Below are positions 46,567-56,738 of a stretch of DNA of 64,000 nt, piece by piece. Within the stretch, counting starts at the first letter, position 1. The number at the start of each line of letters is the position of its first letter. Origin of the DNA: a virus; the IMG/VR virus record IMGVR_UViG_3300042892_002114, positions 1 through 64,000 of that record, one strand, 5' to 3'. The notes beneath the pieces were generated by a model. It saw nothing but the letters and a program-made list of their open reading frames with translations. It was not told the DNA's origin and searched no databases. A program made the position numbers and the translations under genes.

Positions 46567-49500
46567 TTATGTATCAAAACGGACAATAATATTGACTGGC
46601 CAATCAATTAAATTTTTTATAGGACGGCCAAGTTTGCCAACTGCCACAAGTTGATTGTCTTGATATAATCCAATCGTAGTAACACATGGTGACAAGAATG
46701 AACCAGTTGCGTCATATGATGAACTATATTGATAACCAATAAATTCTGGATTTACTCTGAATGGATTGTTGCCGCAATATGGATTTAGATAATCTTCTAT
46801 ATCTTTGACATATCTACGAGTTGAATCTGATGTGAGATATTGTGCCAAAGTACTTGGATTTAATCTCTTCAACACATATAGTGCCAATATATAACCATCA
46901 TTCATGTTGATTTTTCCATCACCATCAATATCCAATAAACCAGTATCATATAAATTATTTGTTATAAACATATATGCAGTGTTGTTGAATGCTGACAAAT
47001 ATGAATATTTGATGCTGGATGCCGTATCATCTTCTTGTTGTAACACATCTTCGGATTCTGTTTGAAGAATATCATTTGCCCACCAACTAAAATCGGTGTT
47101 TGTGTCTTGTTCCAAAACAATGCCATTATCATCCAACACATAATCTGCATAAAACTTCTTGAGTTTCAAGTATCTCATGATAAGATCTACATCTTTATAA
47201 TCAAACACACCATCTTGATTTACATCAAATGTAAGAGGGTTTGGCTGCAATGAAGTTGGGTTGGTACTATAATTAAATTCACCCGGTCTTATTGACACAA
47301 GATATTCATGTTCATATATTGTATGAGCACCTTGATAATCCAAAGTAAATCCGCGAGAACCAGTTCCTGTCATCACATCATGATACATTGAAGATGTATT
47401 GGTGATGGCCAAATGTCCATTCTTATAAAACACATTGCCAATCTTTGGATCAACTTCATATTTGTTCATGTCATACACAAACACAGAACCAGAATATGAT
47501 GATGAAAATGAACCAGATTGATTTATTGGGTCCAACGCATCATTGCAAACGGAACCAACCACCAAATTCTGCCAGTCTCCACCCGCCATTATGCTTCCGG
47601 ACCATGCACAGAATGAATATGTAAAAGGCGATACACTCTGTGTGACAAAGTGGTTGGTGTTGCCATTACTTCCGCTGTACCAGATATCCATGTAATAATC
47701 TCCGTAGTAAAGAACGGAATCTACGGTGTATGAATAAGAACGAATGGAAGGAGCTAAATTTACGATTGGTGCTCCGACGCACATAAAATCGGATGCGATA
47801 GAAACAGAATATCCGTAGATATTGTATGGATGATTTTCTTCTTTGTTTCTTCTCAATTCACCGGCTCTATACCAGTTGTCATTTGTAAAATCAAAATTAT
47901 ACAATGTCACTCTACCCAACACAGAATCTAAAGAAGCAGAAGATTCATATGCATAATTTTCCAATATATAAGAACCGCTAGAATATACCACAGTTCTACC
48001 CAAAGTATCTGGTAATGAAGTAACTGCGGCTGTTGTACCGTCAATAGATACGGCATGTCCAAAATTATTATTGGTCAGATATTCTCTGTTTCCAAATGTT
48101 TTTGTCAGAAGGTCATATTGCCACGCCAAACATGCTTCATCATATCTATATGTGTATAAATATGCCGCGCCCAAAATCATAGCATTTCCTGTATATCCAT
48201 AGTATGGCTTAAAACCTTTATCGGCTTTGCACCCGATAATCAAGTTTTTTCCGCTTATATCCACGCTGTAACCAAACATGTCGGACACAATTGTATCGGA
48301 CGCATCGACGGAATATTCCGGAGCATCAATATTCAAATCACCATAACCCGAAGTTGCGGTGAATAGTTGATTTTGGCTCCAAGATGCAGTTGGGCATGCG
48401 GATAGAGATGCTGAGTGATAAGAACATGTGAACACAGCCGCGTAGCCTTTACCGGGTTTGTTTGTTCCTACAACCAATCGGTTTGAATCTAAAGATACAC
48501 ACCATCCAAAGTTGTCACCGACAGACTGATTGCTTGGAGTGATTGTAGTTTCATACACCCACGAATAGTTTCCGGAAACAAATGTTGGTGTATAACTTTG
48601 TGACGCAATATATGAACCGGTTTGCAGTTCTTTGCAAAAATCTTCTTGTGTAACAACCTGCATCCACACGGAACCGGTGTTGATACTTTGACATGGATAT
48701 TCAGCATCCATGTATCTTTTCTTTCTGTACAAATATACTGCACCCTTACTGCCGCTAACACCTGTAGCACCAACCGCTAATATATCATTGTCTATTGCAA
48801 CCGACGCGCCAAATCTGTCTCCGTTGCTTTTTCCTTTTAGAATATTAATTATTCCCCAATTATCTTCGCCACCCTTGTATCTGTCATAAACACACACAAA
48901 ACCTGGATACATACTTGAAGAACATACTGAACCCGTTGGAGAACCAACCGCCAAAAAATTATCTCGCACACACACAGATGTTCCAAAAGAATCTTTAAAA
49001 TATGACGATGTGTCTGTCAAACTTTGAGTAAATGGAAAATGAATCTTTGCAATTGGACGATGATGACCCCGAGTTTCATCATACTTGAATAACGCGGCAT
49101 GACCAATGCGAGCATCGGATAAACTATAAGCATCCATAGATGAACCAACCGCAACATATTTGGACCAACAACTCACAGATTCACCAAAGTGTTCATTTTC
49201 GGGAAAAAATAAATCCTGATGACTTCCTGTGTTTAATACCCACTCAGATCCACTTGATACTGGTGGAACATATGTTACTTGAAGCCCCATCGCCATATAT
49301 TGTTTGGCATTAATATAATTAACATATTGCGTGGAACCATTACTAAATGTTACATAAAATAAACCACTACCCGTGTCCCATTGTGAAATTGATACGTGAG
49401 TGTCTCTTATTGCTTGTATCTCTGCCGTTGATGGAAAGTGCGAACCGGTTGCATACAAGTTGGTGTAACCATCGTCATGAATTTTTAGAGTCTGGTGAAT

Positions 49501-49947
49501 ATCAGAATCATCCACAAGTTTAACCGTATTTGGTATAACTTTTTCACCATATACATTATGTTTCAATGTGGCAGTGATGATGCGATCATGAATTTCACGA
49601 ACTTCTTCTTTTCCAGTTTTTGGATCTTGTGTATATTCTTCAACACCAAACAACTTGATTGGTTCGCCGACATTCTTATAAAACATAGCATCGGTCATAC
49701 TATGTATATTTCTGGCATATTTACCAGAAGAATTTATTGGCTCATTGGTTGATACATAGTATATGCTACCAGACGGATAAAATGGAGTTGAAAGTTTAAG
49801 ACCTTCATTCACTTCCATTCTTCCATTATAATAAGTGCTATCACCATATGTGTTTACGCTCGCAGAATCAATGCTTTGTAATGTCCAATGCTTGAACGTG
49901 CTAAATGGTCTTACTGTGATGTCTCCCGCAGTGAACTGCTTAATCAT
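46567..49947 (-). CDS. Baseplate/tail-associated protein with FG-GAP propeller and dockerin-like insertions
   Basis: Repeated FG.SV.....L.VG...G.V.LY; DVNQDG/DIDGDG loops; C-terminal TTIGLY...LVAVGKL..PI shared with 49989..51137. Confidence 0.7.
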   Translation of the reverse strand: MIKQFTAGDITVRPFSTFKHWTLQSIDSASVNTYGDSTYYNGRMEVNEGLKLSTPFYPSGSIYYVSTNEPINSSGKYARNIHSMTDAMFYKNVGEPIKLFGVEEYTQDPKTGKEEVREIHDRIITATLKHNVYGEKVIPNTVKLVDDSDIHQTLKIHDDGYTNLYATGSHFPSTAEIQAIRDTHVSISQWDTGSGLFYVTFSNGSTQYVNYINAKQYMAMGLQVTYVPPVSSGSEWVLNTGSHQDLFFPENEHFGESVSCWSKYVAVGSSMDAYSLSDARIGHAALFKYDETRGHHRPIAKIHFPFTQSLTDTSSYFKDSFGTSVCVRDNFLAVGSPTGSVCSSSMYPGFVCVYDRYKGGEDNWGIINILKGKSNGDRFGASVAIDNDILAVGATGVSGSKGAVYLYRKKRYMDAEYPCQSINTGSVWMQVVTQEDFCKELQTGSYIASQSYTPTFVSGNYSWVYETTITPSNQSVGDNFGWCVSLDSNRLVVGTNKPGKGYAAVFTCSYHSASLSACPTASWSQNQLFTATSGYGDLNIDAPEYSVDASDTIVSDMFGYSVDISGKNLIIGCKADKGFKPYYGYTGNAMILGAAYLYTYRYDEACLAWQYDLLTKTFGNREYLTNNNFGHAVSIDGTTAAVTSLPDTLGRTVVYSSGSYILENYAYESSASLDSVLGRVTLYNFDFTNDNWYRAGELRRNKEENHPYNIYGYSVSIASDFMCVGAPIVNLAPSIRSYSYTVDSVLYYGDYYMDIWYSGSNGNTNHFVTQSVSPFTYSFCAWSGSIMAGGDWQNLVVGSVCNDALDPINQSGSFSSSYSGSVFVYDMNKYEVDPKIGNVFYKNGHLAITNTSSMYHDVMTGTGSRGFTLDYQGAHTIYEHEYLVSIRPGEFNYSTNPTSLQPNPLTFDVNQDGVFDYKDVDLIMRYLKLKKFYADYVLDDNGIVLEQDTNTDFSWWANDILQTESEDVLQQEDDTASSIKYSYLSAFNNTAYMFITNNLYDTGLLDIDGDGKINMNDGYILALYVLKRLNPSTLAQYLTSDSTRRYVKDIEDYLNPYCGNNPFRVNPEFIGYQYSSSYDATGSFLSPCVTTIGLYQDNQLVAVGKLGRPIKNLIDWPVNIIVRFDT

Positions 49948-49988
49948 ATAGACATAAATATTTGTCTACACTGGGATTTACCCGTTAC

Positions 49989-51137
49989 TCAAACATCAAT
50001 TTTTATTTTTATCAAGCACTCGTTGGTAAAGTCTTTTAACAACGGCTGACTCAACTTGGCAACTGCAACAAGGTCGTTGTTGTCATTATATAAACCAACT
50101 GTGGTGATATATACCTTTGGATTGGTATAAAAATCGCTAAATCTTAGCTTACCAATGTCTTGAGAATTGCTCGGATTATCGTTATCGGATATTACAAATG
50201 TTGGATTGTTGCTGTAGTTGTATTCTTGGTTCTTTACTCGAACAAAGAAGTGACGAGCAGGAACATATTCAGTTACTCTGGCTTTCATACCACTAAATAC
50301 CGCACCGTTCTTTATAGAACTAAACAACAAATTGCTCATGCGAGCAAATTGTGATCCCCATTCGTTTGCAGTATTCCAGTACAAAGAGTATCCATCAACT
50401 TTACCAATCAATTCATGTACCTTCTTGGCATTTAGAATAATAATACCCAAGTCTGGATACATCAAACCAATTGCTTGATAATTTCTTGTAGAAAGAGAAC
50501 CGGAAGCCAATGTTCCTTGTAGCAGGTTGTATCTCTTACCACCAGTTTGAACGCCGGTGTCTGGATTAATTCTAGAGTCATCAATTATTGTGATTATGGT
50601 TCCGAAACCACCCACACCGGAACCACTCAGTGTCATTTCAAATTGACCGGGATCTAATTTGTCTTTATACTTAGCATTTCTAAAAGAAATTGCGTAGATA
50701 TCATCCGCGTTTTCGTATGCATCAGAACCTGAAATAGAAGAAGATATAAACGTGAACTTGTCGTCACCGGGTGACAGCAACAAGTTTCTGTACTGATTAT
50801 ATATTGCCTTGGTTGGAAACAACAAACTTCCTTGCGAAGAATTTGTGTCGAAAGTAGAAGAACCGGACCCCGCATAATGACCATATGCAATGGAGAAATA
50901 AATATCGGAATTTGATGATCCGGTTGGAGCATCATACACATTGGTATAGTAAAGACCATTCAATGGTTCAAACAATGAAGAAGATTGTTGGGTTTGACGG
51001 CTACTGGTGTAAAATGATGAACCCACAGATACGGAACCACTTCCCCATATCGCTTCACCATCACTCCACAATCCGGTGGAAACTGGCTGAGTTCTTCCCG
51101 CCACTATGTCTGTCGAATCAAATTGTTTAAAAATCAT
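49989..51137 (-). CDS. Baseplate/tail structural protein (paralogue of 46567..49947)
   Basis: Shared MIxKQF...DI start, EYNYS.NPT and YITTVGLY...LVAVAKLSQP. Confidence 0.65.
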   Translation of the reverse strand: MIFKQFDSTDIVAGRTQPVSTGLWSDGEAIWGSGSVSVGSSFYTSSRQTQQSSSLFEPLNGLYYTNVYDAPTGSSNSDIYFSIAYGHYAGSGSSTFDTNSSQGSLLFPTKAIYNQYRNLLLSPGDDKFTFISSSISGSDAYENADDIYAISFRNAKYKDKLDPGQFEMTLSGSGVGGFGTIITIIDDSRINPDTGVQTGGKRYNLLQGTLASGSLSTRNYQAIGLMYPDLGIIILNAKKVHELIGKVDGYSLYWNTANEWGSQFARMSNLLFSSIKNGAVFSGMKARVTEYVPARHFFVRVKNQEYNYSNNPTFVISDNDNPSNSQDIGKLRFSDFYTNPKVYITTVGLYNDNNDLVAVAKLSQPLLKDFTNECLIKIKIDV

Positions 51138-51147
51138 TGTGGTAAAA

Positions 51148-51789
51148 TTACGAGGTTGTGGTTCCCTTTACATTCACAGTAACTGGTATTGTTACCGATC
51201 CGCCACTTTCATTTCCAACCACCGTGAGAGTTGCACTCAAGGTTTGTGTCAATGCTGAGTTTGGAACAAAACGGAAACGAAGACCAAGGCTAACTTGAGC
51301 AGTCGTCGAAGAAACATCTCCAATAAAAGTTGGGATAGTTGCGTTTGTAACATTCTGAAGTTGTTCGCCGATTATTGTGCCAGCCGACTTGTTGGACAAA
51401 ATTGCTGTATAACCAAGAGTTGTGTTATACACTGGATTGGTAGAAGGAACAATAACCACTTCTCCCTTATAGTCCTTGTCTACATAAATTGCACTTTGTC
51501 CAAGAGAAATGACTGGGATAGACGTGACTCCGGAAGGCAGAGTAACAAGCTTGTATTTTAGCAACTGAGTTTCGTCAGTGAATGCTTCAAATACCGGTGT
51601 GTTGCGAATAGCCAAATCATAGTAGGCTGAACCCTGTGGGTGATTTGGTTGATACAGACGATAATCAATTTCGTCGTCGGCCAAGGCATATGACTTGATA
51701 TTCAATCCGCCATTTGCCGCAAGTAGCTCTCTACCCTTCTTTGTCAAGACCGCATCCACTGTTATTATTTCATTATTGATATACGCCAT
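51148..51789 (-). CDS. Baseplate/tail structural protein
   Basis: DAVLTKKGRELLA...ALADDEIDY; lies in the baseplate cluster. Confidence 0.6.
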   Translation of the reverse strand: MAYINNEIITVDAVLTKKGRELLAANGGLNIKSYALADDEIDYRLYQPNHPQGSAYYDLAIRNTPVFEAFTDETQLLKYKLVTLPSGVTSIPVISLGQSAIYVDKDYKGEVVIVPSTNPVYNTTLGYTAILSNKSAGTIIGEQLQNVTNATIPTFIGDVSSTTAQVSLGLRFRFVPNSALTQTLSATLTVVGNESGGSVTIPVTVNVKGTTTS

Positions 51790-51840
51790 ATAGTGTTACT
51801 TTCTCAATAAATATATATCTGATTACTTTTTTTACTATTT

Positions 51841-54800
51841 TTACACCGTTTTTGTTTCAATTGGCTCAGAGTTATTCAACAAACCGGTGGTAACATCAAC
51901 AGTAGTTTTTTTATTTTGACTGTGCTTTTTCCACTTAAAACGGACTTTTGAATTGTCGTATGAGTTTATTTCCTTTAAAGAAAACTGTCGTTTACCGTAT
52001 TTATGGTGATTGTTGAAATACCCATTCAGCAATTCGGCGTTCTGGGGGTAATATTCCATAGATAGTGTTTTTTTATAATCAATGCCAGAAGACAAAGAAC
52101 CGAAGAATGTACCCGATGTTCTATATTTGAAGTCGTCGGTGACAGGACCAGTTCCAGATGACAAAAATGTGGTATTATATTTTGCAAGATTCAATGTAGC
52201 CGGAACTCCGCCGAATATACTTCCAACAAAATGATATGTTCCACCAGAATATGTAAAAGTTCCGGTGTAAATCATAGGATATGCCGAAACATAATCAGCA
52301 GTTATAGAAATGCCGGGTGATGATATTACACCATTTCCCGTCGATCCCCACACAGAACCGGATAATATTGTGCCATTCAATGAATGTGCTGATGATACAG
52401 TGAAAGATGTTGGCAACCCAATTGACGATGGAACAAAGCTGACGCTTCCGCTGTAGTATATATCTTCATAGGAAATTGTCGTGATATATGAAGTTAATTC
52501 TGGCAATTTTGCCATATTAATTTTGTAATAAGAAGACGACATTGTTTGAACTGTTCCATTCAAATTGACATTTATCTCACGGTCATTGAACGAAGACGAT
52601 GGTAAATTGTATTTGTTGTATACTTGATACTGCTTCTTGACTTTGATTACATCGGCTCTGTAATATTCTCCATTATAGTATGTTACTCCATTGTCTGAAT
52701 ATACTCCAAATCCGTACTGGTCTTCGTCGGTTGGAAAAAATATTTGATTTACATCACTTAAAATTGATGTTCCTTCATTTTTCGTAACCAAAGTATCTTC
52801 AAATTTTGGAACCTGTGTTCCGGCGATTCCGCGATTAACTTCTATGTGCGATTCTTTTTGTTGAATGGTTTCTTGAACCATTGGCTTCAACTGAATCTTC
52901 GGACGCTCCAAAATGGACGGTTCAATCAAAATACCATCAACGAGGTTGGCTCTGGCTGGAACAACCGACTTGATATATTTGAACATCGCCTTATCAAAAT
53001 AGAATCGTACCACGTTCATAAACAACTGATAGTCTATTGCACCAAATCCTTGGTCATAGAATATTTGCCTAAACTTTTCAAATCGAGTGTATGAGCTTGC
53101 ATACACATATGAAGGGTCTCCAATTAATTCAGATAACGGATAATTTCCAAAGAACTTGATTATTTCTGTGTTTTGAATTTCTGAAGGAGAGAAGAATATA
53201 CCAAGTCTATTAGATCCCATGCCAACAAGTTCACTTGATTGTAGGGACGAGCGTTCGGTTGAAGACAAGCTTGATATCAACTCTTGTTCAACATAATTTA
53301 TTTTATTGCTTCCGAACTTACCAGCACCATAATCAGGTAATTTTACTGTCTGTCTTGAATCCTTGCGAGTAAACTGCCAAGGAAATCCGGGTCCATTTGT
53401 AGGATCACATTCGGTCACTTGCTTCAGCGGAATATTATTTTCTGGGAAGTTTACTGCATCAAACGTCGGAAAATCACTACGGAAAGACAAATTGTTTAAG
53501 GTGGTGGAATTTGAAGGTGCATGCAATTCCAATGGACGTTCAAACGATATTCTGAGAAGATTATCAGAAATCATATTCACCGGAGAATTCATATCATATG
53601 CATTCTGATGCAATGTGTGATTTTCAAAAACAGAATCGCTGATGGGAGATTCCCAAATTTTTATTTCATCAATGTTTCCAAAGAATGCTTCTGGATCAAT
53701 ATTTAATGAAGCGGTATTCTGGTTATAGTTACCAATATAAACATGTGAACCAGAACGGAATTGTGTATTACAACTTCCACTCAAATATTGGCTTGCCGTT
53801 GCAAAGAATGTTATTCTTGAATCCTCGGCTCGTTGCAGTTGCACATCATACTTAATTGGGTATTGATCTATTTGAGACGGAGTGAAATTGTAAACGGAAA
53901 ATTCTTGGGATGCATCATGGCGGCGAAGCATGGCGTGATAGGTATTGCCATCAAACACCGGTGCCTTGTTGGTCATGATAGTCTTTACGCTACCGGAACC
54001 ATCGTCCAAGCTAAAGAACAGTTTTCCCCAATCCAATCCTTTGTCTCTATATACACCCAATAACCAACTACCTGGACATTCAGCTAATCTGAATACATGT
54101 CCTTCCTCACTTGTGTTGGTTTTGTCAAACGCAAAGTTGAATTCTAATGTTTGAGCACTTCCAGTCCAGTTGACCTTGAAATATTCCGAATTTCCACCAA
54201 AATATGGTTCGTATTTTACTTCGTCGATCACATACTCAGAAGTATCTTGTAGATTATGTATATTATGAATTCCACCATACTCTTTTATTTTTATGATATT
54301 CTTTGGTATTCCAAAGCAGCTCAACAATGATGACAATGAAGCTTCTGTACCTTTGGTCTTGTAGATATAAGGCAGGGTGTTGAGAATACGCTTCCAGATG
54401 ATTTGATTCCGCTGTTCTTCGGACAATTGTCTAGTTTGGTTATACAACTCTGTGCCAATATCAAAATCGTTTTGATTAAATGAAGACAATAATAACGGTA
54501 GATTCTCTTTAGAAATCTCCGCTTCCCATCCAAGCGATGCCAACATGTCTTCAACAATGTCCACAGAAATACCATAATTTGAACTGTTGGAATAATTGTT
54601 TTTCTCAGTGATTTGCTTGATGCTCAAAGAAAGATTGTCAAAGAAATGACCAACCATGCCAACAAACTTTATATAATCAATATTGGCATCCGATTCTTCC
54701 ACCATGAATTGTGGAAGATTGTTAATTAAAGAATTTCCATTGCTGCGATCATACAAAGACGACGAACCAATATGCTCCGTATACCATACAGGATTGTTGT

Positions 54801-56520
54801 ACAAGAATTTCTCATACCCATCCATTGAAGTTTCAATGTTGTCTATTTCCGTGTTAGCGTCTGTACGTTCTTTTATATAAAACTGATCGTCTGGATTGCT
54901 ATCAAGTTTGGTTGTAAAATATTCTATGTCGCCTTGCAATTTTTCAATTTGAGACTTTTTTGTATCAAATGCGGAAACTCTTAAAGTTGCTGATGAGAAA
55001 TTTACAAAGTTTTCAAATTTTCTGTAATTTGTATTATCAACAATGGTATCAAACGGAACACTTATCTTGGAAACCATTTCGCTGTACGCACTGCCGGTTT
55101 GGTTTATCAATTGTTCCATTGATAAAGCTTCTGTAGCATTACCCTGACTCTCAATCCTAACCAAAAAATTTGGACCCTTTAACCGAATCGTTTGTATATT
55201 TGGTTTGGTAAAATAGTATAAATTCTGAACTATAGGAAGAAATCCAAAGTTGTTCGAGATCCACAGATCATCTCCAACTGATATTGACGATGGTAAAGGA
55301 TCGCTCAGTTTTAATACCAACTTATCGTAAAATCTTGGATCGGCGGTGGAAACCACCTTTTTATTGAGAATGGAATATTTTTTATCTCCGTCAAAATTTA
55401 CATAATTCTTAAAATATCCGGACAAATATATGTTGTGCTTTGCCTCTATAACATAAATTTCCGGATAAAAAATGAGATTATAATAGATATACCCAAGAAA
55501 TTCTAGTATAGAGTTATAATCGTCCGGCTTCCTGTTGGTTATTCTGTTGAGTTCTTGATCAACTACAAATCTGAATATGCTATAATAGTAGTCGCGTACA
55601 TCTTGAAAATTGGTACCGGACTCATAATTCTGATATAACCAGTTTTTGAATTGGTCATATATTCCAAGAATATCATTTGTAGAAATTTCTCCACTGTTGC
55701 GAATGTTACCCTTCTTCACGCCATAGAACATGTCGGTCAGAAGATTTATAGCATCAATATCATTACCAGATTCCGATTCTCTGCTGTTCAATCCGTAATT
55801 ATACTTAAAGCTTGCGGCGGCATTTAAATATTGATTTTTCGCCGCGTAATATAAATTGTATATTGGTGGAGAAGAAATAGAATCTGTAAGAGACTCTGCG
55901 ATTTCCTTAATTTGAAATTGATAATTTAAGAATACATTAAATTCATCAACGGTGTTTGATCGTATTCCTTTTAGAGTCTTGGGAATTATTGCTATTTCAG
56001 TTCTTGATGTAGAGATTGTATCTATTATCAGCTTTTCGTCCGAACCGGATTCTGTTCCAACCAAATTTCTCAATAATTCTATGGAAACCTTGTAATTTCC
56101 ATCGGTTATTCCCACATTGTTCAACTCTTTGGATACATCCAATAAAATAGAACTTGTTAAAACGGAACCGGATGTATTTGTTGAATCGGTTGTTTCGGAA
56201 TAATCTGGCGTCGAATCTATAATAGGAAGAGTACTATTAAACTTCTCGTATGAATAAGTAACATATTTGTTGGTTACATCATAATATGACTGAGTATTTT
56301 TTGTATACGATCCGGACGACATGATCACGGATGCAGTTACTTGAGACTCATCAAAATTGAATACTGAGATCTTTATTATGTCCTTATCCGACTCCCCAAA
56401 CGGAAAATTAACATAAGTTTGATTCTCGGTATAAAACTTCAAATCTTTTTCAGAAAAAGTAGAACCAACATTCAAAGAAGATGTGGATTGTGTTCTATAT
56501 TTTATATCTGTAAGTTTCAT
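51841..56520 (-). CDS. Large baseplate wedge protein (gp7/P2 gpI-like core)
   Basis: YIYKTKGTEASL..LL.CFG and IKSVVPA motifs; lies near gp6. Confidence 0.6.
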   Translation of the reverse strand: MKLTDIKYRTQSTSSLNVGSTFSEKDLKFYTENQTYVNFPFGESDKDIIKISVFNFDESQVTASVIMSSGSYTKNTQSYYDVTNKYVTYSYEKFNSTLPIIDSTPDYSETTDSTNTSGSVLTSSILLDVSKELNNVGITDGNYKVSIELLRNLVGTESGSDEKLIIDTISTSRTEIAIIPKTLKGIRSNTVDEFNVFLNYQFQIKEIAESLTDSISSPPIYNLYYAAKNQYLNAAASFKYNYGLNSRESESGNDIDAINLLTDMFYGVKKGNIRNSGEISTNDILGIYDQFKNWLYQNYESGTNFQDVRDYYYSIFRFVVDQELNRITNRKPDDYNSILEFLGYIYYNLIFYPEIYVIEAKHNIYLSGYFKNYVNFDGDKKYSILNKKVVSTADPRFYDKLVLKLSDPLPSSISVGDDLWISNNFGFLPIVQNLYYFTKPNIQTIRLKGPNFLVRIESQGNATEALSMEQLINQTGSAYSEMVSKISVPFDTIVDNTNYRKFENFVNFSSATLRVSAFDTKKSQIEKLQGDIEYFTTKLDSNPDDQFYIKERTDANTEIDNIETSMDGYEKFLYNNPVWYTEHIGSSSLYDRSNGNSLINNLPQFMVEESDANIDYIKFVGMVGHFFDNLSLSIKQITEKNNYSNSSNYGISVDIVEDMLASLGWEAEISKENLPLLLSSFNQNDFDIGTELYNQTRQLSEEQRNQIIWKRILNTLPYIYKTKGTEASLSSLLSCFGIPKNIIKIKEYGGIHNIHNLQDTSEYVIDEVKYEPYFGGNSEYFKVNWTGSAQTLEFNFAFDKTNTSEEGHVFRLAECPGSWLLGVYRDKGLDWGKLFFSLDDGSGSVKTIMTNKAPVFDGNTYHAMLRRHDASQEFSVYNFTPSQIDQYPIKYDVQLQRAEDSRITFFATASQYLSGSCNTQFRSGSHVYIGNYNQNTASLNIDPEAFFGNIDEIKIWESPISDSVFENHTLHQNAYDMNSPVNMISDNLLRISFERPLELHAPSNSTTLNNLSFRSDFPTFDAVNFPENNIPLKQVTECDPTNGPGFPWQFTRKDSRQTVKLPDYGAGKFGSNKINYVEQELISSLSSTERSSLQSSELVGMGSNRLGIFFSPSEIQNTEIIKFFGNYPLSELIGDPSYVYASSYTRFEKFRQIFYDQGFGAIDYQLFMNVVRFYFDKAMFKYIKSVVPARANLVDGILIEPSILERPKIQLKPMVQETIQQKESHIEVNRGIAGTQVPKFEDTLVTKNEGTSILSDVNQIFFPTDEDQYGFGVYSDNGVTYYNGEYYRADVIKVKKQYQVYNKYNLPSSSFNDREINVNLNGTVQTMSSSYYKINMAKLPELTSYITTISYEDIYYSGSVSFVPSSIGLPTSFTVSSAHSLNGTILSGSVWGSTGNGVISSPGISITADYVSAYPMIYTGTFTYSGGTYHFVGSIFGGVPATLNLAKYNTTFLSSGTGPVTDDFKYRTSGTFFGSLSSGIDYKKTLSMEYYPQNAELLNGYFNNHHKYGKRQFSLKEINSYDNSKVRFKWKKHSQNKKTTVDVTTGLLNNSEPIETKTV

Positions 56521-56738
56521 AGTTCTTTGAATGTAACATCATATTTTGTTTCTACTTTGATTGGATCATACACAACATTCTGTAAAGGAATGGTTATCGA
56601 GGATGAATACAACTGGCCACTAACATTTTGTATAATCAAATTACCGTATGAATCTATGTTTGGGATTATTGACCCGCTGGAATATAGAGTCTGTATATCA
56701 TTTTGATTATAACCTGTCAGATATGGATTTGGTTTCAT
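56517..56738 (-). CDS. Small hypothetical protein
   Basis: 73 aa; ATGA overlaps with both neighbours. Confidence 0.65.
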   Translation of the reverse strand: MKPNPYLTGYNQNDIQTLYSSGSIIPNIDSYGNLIIQNVSGQLYSSSITIPLQNVVYDPIKVETKYDVTFKEL

